Source: Bdellovibrionota bacterium
Lineage (GTDB): Bacteria > Bdellovibrionota_C > UBA2361 > JBIKUX01
Length of the DNA stretch: 16,812 nucleotides
Assembly (NCBI GenBank): GCA_044347345.1
Contig: JBIKUX010000033.1
Coordinates: 1 to 16,812, forward strand
Direction: 5' to 3'
The translations under genes and the position numbers were made by a program. The stretch's first letter is position 1. Every line of letters starts with the position of its first letter. This document shows, in pieces, positions 9,401 through 16,812 of this stretch. Below the pieces are notes generated by a model that ran no database searches, was not told where the DNA came from, and saw only the letters and a list, made by a program, of their open reading frames with translations.

Positions 9401-10474
9401 ATGGCAATTTGGGACAAACTCGCAGAGGTTGAAAAGAGGTACGAAGAAGTAGGCCTAATGCTTACTCAACTAGAAATCATACAAAATAGGCCTCTATTCC
9501 AGCAATATTCAAGAGAGCATAAAGACTTATCTCAAATAGTAGCCACCTATCGTGCGTATCGCAAAGTAGAAGAAGAGATTTCCGGAAGTCAAGAGCTTCT
9601 GGAAAATAGTGATCCTGACGTGATAGACATGGCGAAAGAGGAACTTTCCCTTTTAACCAAAGAACGTGAAGCACTTGAAAGAGAATTAAAAATATTACTA
9701 CTGCCTAAAGATCCCAATGACCAAAAAAACACTATCCTTGAGATACGTGCAGGAACAGGTGGCGACGAAGCCGCACTTTTTGTTGCAGACCTTCTCCGTA
9801 TGTACACTCGTTATGCAGAGGGAAAAGGCTGGATCGTTGAGCTAATGAGTAGTAGTGACTCATCTGCCGGAGGGTACCGGGAAGTAATAGCCATGATTCG
9901 TGGGGATGGTGTATTTGCTCGAATGAAATACGAAAGAGGAGTACATCGTGTTCAACGAGTCCCTGATACAGAAACTCAAGGGCGCATTCATACTTCAACA
10001 GCTACTGTAGCAGTTTTACCGGAAGTCGAAGATATAGAAATAGAAGTATTAGATAAAGATTTGCGAGTAGATGTTTATCGATCAAGTGGTCCAGGAGGAC
10101 AAAGCGTTAACACTACTGATTCTGCTGTTCGAATTACTCACTTACCAACTGGTATCGTGGTAGCAATGCAAGATGAAAAATCTCAGTTAAAAAATAGAGA
10201 TAAAGCTATGAGAGTGCTTAAGGCTCGATTGTATGAGCACAAGCTACAAGAGCAAGAGGCCGCTCGTAGCGCTGAAAGACGTAGTCAGGTAGGTACTGGA
10301 GAGCGATCAGAAAAGGTAAGAACTTATAATTTTCCTCAATCGCGTATAACTGACCATCGTATCGGTCTTTCTCTTTTTTCTCTCGATCAGATTCTCAATG
10401 GAGATCTCGATCAAATGTTAGAGCCATTAATTAATCATTATCAAACTGAGGCTCTATCAGAAGGAAGTGAGTGA
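9401..10474 (+). CDS. prfA: Peptide chain release factor 1
   Basis: RF1-specific PxT motif (VPDTE), GGQ motif ([15 protein letters not shown]), [11 protein letters not shown] and [15 protein letters not shown]. Start moved to ATG 9401 (MAIWDKL). Confidence 0.97.
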   Translation: MAIWDKLAEVEKRYEEVGLMLTQLEIIQNRPLFQQYSREHKDLSQIVATYRAYRKVEEEISGSQELLENSDPDVIDMAKEELSLLTKEREALERELKILLLPKDPNDQKNTILEIRAGTGGDEAALFVADLLRMYTRYAEGKGWIVELMSSSDSSAGGYREVIAMIRGDGVFARMKYERGVHRVQRVPDTETQGRIHTSTATVAVLPEVEDIEIEVLDKDLRVDVYRSSGPGGQSVNTTDSAVRITHLPTGIVVAMQDEKSQLKNRDKAMRVLKARLYEHKLQEQEAARSAERRSQVGTGERSEKVRTYNFPQSRITDHRIGLSLFSLDQILNGDLDQMLEPLINHYQTEALSEGSE

Positions 10475-11391
10475 AAAATGAACGAACAACAAAAAATAAG
10501 ATAGGTGTTTTGATTGCTGAGGCTATTTTAGCTCTCAAAGAATCTTTAAAGCAATCTCATGAACAATCTTCTGGTACGCCGAAACTTGATGCTGAGTTGC
10601 TACTAGGAGAGGTTTTAAATCGTTCGCGATTGTATATCATTGCAAATCCGAATGACACTGTTTCAGATGACGATTATTTACGATTTAACTCGTTCATTAA
10701 AAGACGCGTTGCTGGAGAGCCAGTAGCTTATATTACCGGTAAAAAAGACTTTTGGGACTTTACTGTTACTGTCTGTCCATCGGTCTTAATTCCTCGCCCT
10801 GAGACTGAGATTTTAGTCGAAGAGGCTCTTTCAACTATTAACTTGTGGCAACGAAAATCTAATGAACCAGTAAATTTTTTAGACCTGGGAACTGGCTCTG
10901 GTTGTATTGCCATCGCACTTGCCCGTGAACTTACAAAATCATCTATCCCATGGCGAGGAGTAGCTATAGATAACAGCCCCGAGGCATTATCCATAGCAAA
11001 AAAAAACATAAGTAATATTCTTGTTAAAAACGCACCGATAACGCTAATACAGTCTGATTGGTGTAAAGCACTGAACCCTACCCAAGAAAAATACTCTTTA
11101 ATAGTCGCTAATCCTCCTTATGTTGGAATTCATGAGGATGTAGATAAAAACTTACACTTTGAACCTTATCAGGCTATATTCAGTGGTGAAACAGGGACAG
11201 ATGCACCTTATTATTTAATTGAATCAGTGCGGAATTATATAAAAAAGTCAGGTTATTTTTTATGTGAAATAGGCGCAAATAACGGAGAAATAATTTATCA
11301 ATATGCTAAAAAATGGTGGAAAGAAGTTGATTTGATCAAAGACTTAGCAGGACTACCTAGGATAATAAGAATGAGTAATTGTTTGCAGTAA
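10471..11391 (+). CDS. prmC: Release factor glutamine N5-methyltransferase PrmC/HemK
   Basis: [33 protein letters not shown] and [12 protein letters not shown] overlap with the prfA stop. Confidence 0.95.
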   Translation: MKNERTTKNKIGVLIAEAILALKESLKQSHEQSSGTPKLDAELLLGEVLNRSRLYIIANPNDTVSDDDYLRFNSFIKRRVAGEPVAYITGKKDFWDFTVTVCPSVLIPRPETEILVEEALSTINLWQRKSNEPVNFLDLGTGSGCIAIALARELTKSSIPWRGVAIDNSPEALSIAKKNISNILVKNAPITLIQSDWCKALNPTQEKYSLIVANPPYVGIHEDVDKNLHFEPYQAIFSGETGTDAPYYLIESVRNYIKKSGYFLCEIGANNGEIIYQYAKKWWKEVDLIKDLAGLPRIIRMSNCLQ

Positions 11392-11485
11392 AATTCTTCT
11401 CTATTTTTTTAGTTAATCAATTTTTTGTTGATCAATTTCTTCCACTCCTAACAATAACAAGAATTTATATTATTACTCAACGTTA

Positions 11486-13135
11486 ATGGATCTTAGAACA
11501 GAACATAACAAGCCATTAAATCATCGTATTGAGGATTGGCATTCCTTAGACAAAAAAAATAACTTTGACGTGATCGTAATTGGTGGAGGCATACATGGTG
11601 CTGCTATTGCTCGTTTATGCTCACTTAATGGCGTAGATACTGCACTTTTTGAGCAACAAGATTATGCAAGCGGCACCTCAAGTCGAAGCTCAAAAATGGT
11701 GCATGGCGGTCTACGCTATCTTGAGATGTTTGATTTCAAGCAAGTTTTTGAAGGGATTAAGGCTCGTGAAGACCTTTTTATCACAGCAAAACATATTGTT
11801 CGTCCTGAACGCTTCTTAATCCCTGTATTTGATAACTCTTTATTTCTGAAGTTTAAAATGCACTTAGGTCTTTCTCTCTATGATCTATTCGTAAAAGATA
11901 AGCTAAGAGTACATAGATGGATACCGAGTAATAAGCTCAGCATATCAAATATTTTTGGGAATATGCGTAATTTAAAAGGATGCTTTGAGTATTATGACGG
12001 ACTCATGGATGATATTCGTCTCGTTATAGACAATATTGTTTCAGCTAGACTAGCCGGAGCTTTGTGTCTTAACTATGTGAAAGCGACAAGAATCGGTGGA
12101 CAAAAAGGAAACAAATTTGTAATAGTTCGCGATACTCTCTCCTGCAAAGAGCAAACTATAACCGCTAAAGTTGTAATAAATTGTGCAGGACCTTGGGTCA
12201 GACAAATAGAAGGTTTACCAGTTACTCCATCTACCCCCTCATTACGATATAGTCAGGGAACTCATTTGCTATTTACAAAACTCTGGAATGCTCCTTCATT
12301 ATTTTTACCACTTGAGGAGAAAGGCAGATACTATTTTGTTTGGCCTCATTCAGAAGGAACTTTAGTAGGCACTACTGAGCGAGAAATATCAGAAATACCA
12401 TCTGATCCGCAGCCATTAGCTGATGAGATTGAGGAAATACTTTTTAGATTATCTAGAGATTTACCTCATGCAGAACTCAATCGTTCATCACTAAGTTATT
12501 GTTTTGCTGGAATACGTACATTACCAGTAAAAAAAAGAAGAAATGGAACTAAAACGAGTGAATTATCGAGAAAGCATATCTGGGAATATTCCGATGGGGT
12601 TTTATCGCTATTCGGAGGAAAGTATACTACAGCCTATTGGACAGCTTTTGAAGGCTTGAAGATAATTTGGCAGTCTTTAGGTAGAACAAATAAGCCACAT
12701 TCACTAAAAAGTATTCCGCTTGAAGCTACTGCTACATTGTCTAATCTTCCATATTTTCATCAAAGAGCGCAGTCTTTAGGAATTTCTGATCATTTAATTA
12801 AACTGGCTGGCCAAAGAATGGGGGGGAATGTTAGATACTTTGCAAATAATTTACACCTAATGCAGCCACTCACTGGTGATGTAGCTTTAAATGGTGAAGT
12901 TGATTGGGCTTTCTCTATTGAGCAGGCTACGAGTCTCAGAGATGTAATGCGACGCCGACTTGGCATTGAATTTAGAAAAGATCATGGACTTTCAGCACTC
13001 GACCAAATTTGTAGCATAGGAGCAAAATACCTCCCAAATCATAATTTTAAATTAGATATACAAAATTATCAGGAAGCCATGAATAGATTGCATACACTAA
13101 TGGGCATCACCCAAACAAATCATTTACCTTGTTAG
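11486..13135 (+). CDS. glpD: FAD-dependent glycerol-3-phosphate dehydrogenase/oxidase (GlpD family)
   Basis: VIGGGIHGA FAD-binding motif, SGTSSRSSKMVHGGLRYLE, YYDGLMDD, VINCAGPW, VGTTE, SRKH, GGKYTT and DVMRRRLG. Confidence 0.88.
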   Translation: MDLRTEHNKPLNHRIEDWHSLDKKNNFDVIVIGGGIHGAAIARLCSLNGVDTALFEQQDYASGTSSRSSKMVHGGLRYLEMFDFKQVFEGIKAREDLFITAKHIVRPERFLIPVFDNSLFLKFKMHLGLSLYDLFVKDKLRVHRWIPSNKLSISNIFGNMRNLKGCFEYYDGLMDDIRLVIDNIVSARLAGALCLNYVKATRIGGQKGNKFVIVRDTLSCKEQTITAKVVINCAGPWVRQIEGLPVTPSTPSLRYSQGTHLLFTKLWNAPSLFLPLEEKGRYYFVWPHSEGTLVGTTEREISEIPSDPQPLADEIEEILFRLSRDLPHAELNRSSLSYCFAGIRTLPVKKRRNGTKTSELSRKHIWEYSDGVLSLFGGKYTTAYWTAFEGLKIIWQSLGRTNKPHSLKSIPLEATATLSNLPYFHQRAQSLGISDHLIKLAGQRMGGNVRYFANNLHLMQPLTGDVALNGEVDWAFSIEQATSLRDVMRRRLGIEFRKDHGLSALDQICSIGAKYLPNHNFKLDIQNYQEAMNRLHTLMGITQTNHLPC

Positions 13136-13195
13136 CAGCATTAAGAAATTATCTTTTTTTGTGTCAAATAAAAATCAATTCAATTAATTTATTTT

Positions 13196-14488
13196 ATGCA
13201 CGAATTTATTGAAGTTATCGGACCATCACTTGCCAATGGAACTGTCCCAATTCAAGGTGCTAAGAATGCAGCCTTACCTCTGCTACTTGCCTCTATGCTG
13301 ACGGATCAGCCATGCACATTTGAAAATTTACCAAACCTTGAAGATGTTAGTCTCAGCCTACAGCTTCTTGAACACTTTGGAGCTCAAACAGAATTCAATT
13401 CAGATAAAGTTACCGTTCATACTCCAGTTTTATCAGCGACTGAGGCAAGCTATTCAGTAGTTAAAGCACTCAGAGCTTCCTTTTGGGTACTAGGACCTTT
13501 ACTTGCACGAGCACGAACAGCAAGAGTGGCTTTACCCGGTGGTGACATAATTGGGGCTCGGCCAGTTGACCTTCACCTGTCAGCTCTATCGCAAATGGGT
13601 GCCGATATAAAAGTACGACACGGGGTAGTCTTTGCTGAAGCACCCAAAGGGCTTAAACCTGCAGATATCTTCTTAAGATTTCCTTCTGTTGGGGCTACTC
13701 ATCAAATCTTGATGGCTGCAACCTTAGTTCCTGGAGTGACTACTATTCATGGAGCTGCGCGAGAACCAGAAGTTGTTGCTTTAGCCAAGTTTCTTTCGTC
13801 ACTAGGAGCAGAGATAGATGGGGCGGGTAGTAATGTGATTCATATTCGTGGCACAACCTCACCTGGTAAAGGTTTTGCCAAACTAGATGGAGATCGCATT
13901 GTAGCTGGCACTTACCTTGCGGCAGGAGTTATATCGGGAGGGCCAGTTAAGGTTACGGGAGTTTTCCCTGACCAACTAACAGCCTTCCTAGATTTACTCG
14001 AAGAGGGCGGTTGTATAATTGAAAAAGGTGAAGATTGGATATCAGTTAGGAGAAGTACGGAAACATTCAGAGCCATTAATGCAGCAACTGGCCCATTTCC
14101 TGCTCTTGCAACTGATCTCCAAGCGCCACTTCTAACCATACTAACTACAGCAGAAGGCAAAAGCTCTCTAACAGAAAATATTTTTGAAGGGCGTTTCGGC
14201 ATTATCTCGGAATTAAGTCGTATGGGTGCTAAAATATCAGTGGATGGGAAGACAGCATATATTGAAGGAGTGCCTAGACTCTCTGGTGCTTATGTTGAGG
14301 GTATGGATCTTAGAGCCGCTGCATCTCTCGTTATAGCTGGACTTGCCGCCGAAGGATTGACAAGAGTACACGAGGTACACCACCTTCGTAGAGGTTATGA
14401 ACACTTTGAACAAAATCTTCGCTCACTTGGTGCGCAAGTATACTCACGGATTAGCGACGCTGAAGACTTTATGTTCATAGGATGTTAG
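13196..14488 (+). CDS. murA: UDP-N-acetylglucosamine 1-carboxyvinyltransferase, Asp-type active site
   Basis: GAKNAALP, RASFWVLGPLLAR, LPGGDIIGARPVDLH, PSVGAT, AREPEV, TDLQ, DLRAAA and RGYE. Confidence 0.97.
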   Translation: MHEFIEVIGPSLANGTVPIQGAKNAALPLLLASMLTDQPCTFENLPNLEDVSLSLQLLEHFGAQTEFNSDKVTVHTPVLSATEASYSVVKALRASFWVLGPLLARARTARVALPGGDIIGARPVDLHLSALSQMGADIKVRHGVVFAEAPKGLKPADIFLRFPSVGATHQILMAATLVPGVTTIHGAAREPEVVALAKFLSSLGAEIDGAGSNVIHIRGTTSPGKGFAKLDGDRIVAGTYLAAGVISGGPVKVTGVFPDQLTAFLDLLEEGGCIIEKGEDWISVRRSTETFRAINAATGPFPALATDLQAPLLTILTTAEGKSSLTENIFEGRFGIISELSRMGAKISVDGKTAYIEGVPRLSGAYVEGMDLRAAASLVIAGLAAEGLTRVHEVHHLRRGYEHFEQNLRSLGAQVYSRISDAEDFMFIGC

Positions 14489-14528
14489 TGGGTAGCTCGG
14501 TAAGGATTACGATTGAACAAGCGATACG

Positions 14529-15251
14529 ATGGAACAGTTACCCCTCAAAGTTATACCAAAATTACAGTATGCTCCTGAGCGGTTTTTTATACATACTGGG
14601 GTTAAAGTCATACTTGATGCGCTACAAGCGACGTTAAAAAGTCACTTTGCGCTATCCTTTATTCAAGGTTCACCACGGAGTGGCAAAACTCATCTATCAT
14701 TATATCTTTCACATTATTTGTTAAATCAGGGGGTTCAATCATTTATTGTTGATGGAAGTGAGCTTACTGAGCGTGAAAACAATTCGGAATTTGATATCAC
14801 CAAAGTTTCAGCCCCGGTTCTTATTATTGACAATGCAGAGGTGCTGCTAAATACGTTTCATCCTGGAACGTCCGGACCTTTTGTTTATCTGGTTGAAGAA
14901 CGCCGTAGAAAAGGTGGTGCGATTATTCTTTTTAGCACACAATCTCCAGAAGAGCTCCCATGTGATGATCACATTAAAAGTAGAATAGCATCGGGAAGTA
15001 TTTATCACATCACTCAACCCTCTGATGAAGACATGCTTCCTCTTTTATCCGAACTGGCTAGACAGCGCGGACTTGCATTGACAGAGCGTAAAGAGAAATA
15101 CCTGATACAACGCTTAGGCCGGTCAATTCAAGCTATAGAAGCGCTTCTTGAACGAGCTGTGATTATTTCAGAGTTAAATGAGCACTATCGAATAGACTTT
15201 TCGGTCTTAAATGATGCCCTGCGTCCGGAACAAAACGAAAATTGTGGATAA
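14529..15251 (+). CDS. Hda-like DnaA-family AAA+ protein (probable regulatory inactivator of DnaA)
   Basis: N-terminal QLPL clamp-binding-like motif, GSPRSGKTHL Walker A, LIIDNAE Walker B, IKSRI arginine-finger motif and ARQRGL...YLIQRLGRS lid; 240 aa with no DnaA domains I or IV. Confidence 0.75.
   Translation: MEQLPLKVIPKLQYAPERFFIHTGVKVILDALQATLKSHFALSFIQGSPRSGKTHLSLYLSHYLLNQGVQSFIVDGSELTERENNSEFDITKVSAPVLIIDNAEVLLNTFHPGTSGPFVYLVEERRRKGGAIILFSTQSPEELPCDDHIKSRIASGSIYHITQPSDEDMLPLLSELARQRGLALTERKEKYLIQRLGRSIQAIEALLERAVIISELNEHYRIDFSVLNDALRPEQNENCG
15243..15251 (-). promoter_or_regulatory. Perfect DnaA box (TTATCCACA)
   Basis: Plus strand TGTGGATAA is the reverse complement of TTATCCACA and encodes Cys-Gly-stop of the Hda-like gene. 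Confidence 0.4.
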
Positions 15252-15367
15252 TTTATTAAGATCCGTTACAGGAGGATTGGTCAATTTACTCTGGTTTTGA
15301 TAACTTTTCGCTTATCGATATGAGCGAATGTCTTGTGGCTACATATCAATTGAGAAGGAACGTACGT

Positions 15368-16627
15368 ATGAACGGCACAGTGTTAAAATCTCATCGCAGG
15401 GTTGTAATTACCGGCATGGGATGTATATCTCCAATCGGAAATTCTGTTACAGAAGCCTGGAATAATATGGTAGAGGGTGTTTCTGGAATTGAATCCATTA
15501 CTCATTTTGATGCCTCGGGATACGCTACCACCTTTGCTGGAGAGGTAAAAAACTTTGATGCCGGCCAATATTTTGAGGCCAAGGATTTAAAAAAAGTTGA
15601 TCTGTTTTCACAGTTTGCTGTGGCAAGTGCCACGGAAGCGATGGAAAGTTCTGGCCTTACATCTGTAAATTTTGACCGCTTTCGAGCTGGGAGTGTTTAT
15701 GGAGTGGGAATTGGTGGACTTGCAATACTTGAAAAATATCATGCAGCGCTTCTCGCTGGTGGTCCAAGAAAGGTATCTCCTTTTTTAATTCCTGGCATGA
15801 TTTCAAATTTAGCTCCTGGCCATATTGCGATTAAATACGGTCTTAAAGGTGTTAATTTCACAATTCAAAGTGCATGTACTTCTGCAACGCATGCAATCGG
15901 AGAATCATATCGCATCATTCGTTCTGGATATCAGGATATTATGATTACGGGCGGAGCTGAAGCAGCCATCACTCCTACCGGAATCGGTGGATTTTGTGCA
16001 ATGAAGGCACTATCGACTCGTAATGACGCACCTCAAAAAGCTTCACGTCCATTTGATAAAGACAGAGATGGATTTGTAATGGGAGAAGGATCAACAACGA
16101 TTATTCTTGAATCTTTGGAGCATGCTGAAAAACGTGGAGCAACTATTTTAGCAGAAATAGTAGGCTATGGATCATCGTGTGATGCTTATCACATTACATC
16201 GCCATCAGTGGATGGGGAAGGAGCTAGACGATGCATGGAAGATGCTTTAGCTGATGCTGGTATCTCGGCTAGTCAAATTGGTTATATCAATGCACATGGT
16301 ACATCTACCCCAGCAAACGATGCTTCTGAAACTAAAGCAATAAAAGGTGTTTTTGGAGATTGGTCAAAAAATGGTCTATTGATTAGCTCTACAAAGTCAA
16401 TGACTGGACACCTCCTTGGTGCTGCTGGAGCGATTGAAGCCATGGCTTGTGTTCAAGTTCTTAATGAGGGAGTTATTCCGCCTACGATTAATCTTGAGAT
16501 ACCCGACGAAATCTGCGACTTAAACTATGTTCCGAACACAGCCATAAAACAGCCAGTCGAATACGCTCTTTCAAACTCCTTCGGATTCGGTGGCACAAAC
16601 GGCACCCTCATCCTCCGCCGCCCTTAG
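15368..16627 (+). CDS. fabF: 3-oxoacyl-ACP synthase II (KAS II)
   Basis: RRVVITGMG, SACTS (catalytic Cys), YINAHGTST and KSMTGHLLGAAG (two His), SNSFGFGGTN. Start moved to ATG 15368, preceded by AGAAGGAA. Confidence 0.96.
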   Translation: MNGTVLKSHRRVVITGMGCISPIGNSVTEAWNNMVEGVSGIESITHFDASGYATTFAGEVKNFDAGQYFEAKDLKKVDLFSQFAVASATEAMESSGLTSVNFDRFRAGSVYGVGIGGLAILEKYHAALLAGGPRKVSPFLIPGMISNLAPGHIAIKYGLKGVNFTIQSACTSATHAIGESYRIIRSGYQDIMITGGAEAAITPTGIGGFCAMKALSTRNDAPQKASRPFDKDRDGFVMGEGSTTIILESLEHAEKRGATILAEIVGYGSSCDAYHITSPSVDGEGARRCMEDALADAGISASQIGYINAHGTSTPANDASETKAIKGVFGDWSKNGLLISSTKSMTGHLLGAAGAIEAMACVQVLNEGVIPPTINLEIPDEICDLNYVPNTAIKQPVEYALSNSFGFGGTNGTLILRRP

Positions 16628-16645
16628 TGGAGTTATCAGGTTAGT

Positions 16646-16697
16646 CGTAGTAGTAAGTCACAGAGACGTAGTAGTAGTTATTTTTTGAGTTATTTTA
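16646..16697. repeat. Short GTAG-containing direct repeats
   Basis: CGTAGTAGTA at 16646-16655 and 16667-16676; AGTTATTTT at 16676-16684 and 16688-16696. Confidence 0.7.
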
Positions 16698-16758
16698 GCA
16701 ACATTTTGTTTTTGTATTCGAGTACTTCTTCAAACATGAGCGAGGAGAAGTATTGTAT

Positions 16759-16812
16759 ATGGGCTACCATCCGCGAATAGAGACGGCGGAATTTGCAGAT
16801 TTTCTGACTACG
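16759..16812 (+). CDS. 5' end of a gene, possibly a REP-associated tyrosine (Y1/IS200-like) transposase
   Basis: GAGGAG at 16742-16747, then ATG at 16759: MGYHPRIETAEFADFLTT, open to the window end. It resembles the RAYT N-terminal pattern (M..xPRI.....[FY]xTxR). Only 18 codons are visible, so the product call is tentative. Confidence 0.45.
   Translation, partial: MGYHPRIETAEFADFLTT

Noticed and set aside
11486-14488. Functional link between glpD and fosfomycin-resistant MurA (fosfomycin enters through GlpT)
   Set aside because: No transporter gene is present, and adjacency alone gives no support.
15243-15367. Possible oriC
   Set aside because: Only one perfect DnaA box in a spacer of about 116 bp, no convincing unwinding-element repeats and no dnaA or dnaN nearby.
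8088-15568. Minus-strand ORFs at 8088, 9477, 9589, 9732, 10728, 13912 and 15383
   Set aside because: All lie antisense within well-supported genes and have no independent support.
15368-16627. Type II polyketide or other secondary-metabolite cluster
   Set aside because: Single canonical FabF with no chain-length factor, ACP or tailoring genes in the window.

Overview
AT-rich bacterial chromosomal region, mostly housekeeping genes in two divergent blocks. The minus strand carries groES-groEL, an intrinsic terminator, then sua5, an RmlC-like cupin, a DUF853/HerA-like ATPase, mscL, an M14/DUF2817 peptidase and a YheT-like hydrolase that runs off the window start. The plus strand carries a beta-lactamase-fold serine-hydrolase homolog, prfA, prmC, glpD, murA, an Hda-like AAA+ protein and fabF, then the first 18 codons of a gene that may be a REP-associated (Y1/HUH) transposase. 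Gene order and protein style suggest a deltaproteobacteria-like lineage (inference only). Main observations: (1) the serine-hydrolase homolog is intact but has lost both catalytic residues (SxxK to AxxA), so it is a candidate pseudoenzyme; (2) the last 41 codons of fabF switch sharply to C-ending codons next to GTAG-rich repeats and the possible transposase; (3) MurA has the Cys-to-Asp active-site change linked to intrinsic fosfomycin resistance; (4) a sigma32-like promoter lies about 600 bp upstream of groES, implying a long leader with a CIRCE-like inverted repeat and tandem repeats; (5) a perfect DnaA box forms the last three codons of the Hda-like gene. No CRISPR array, tRNA or rRNA was seen.
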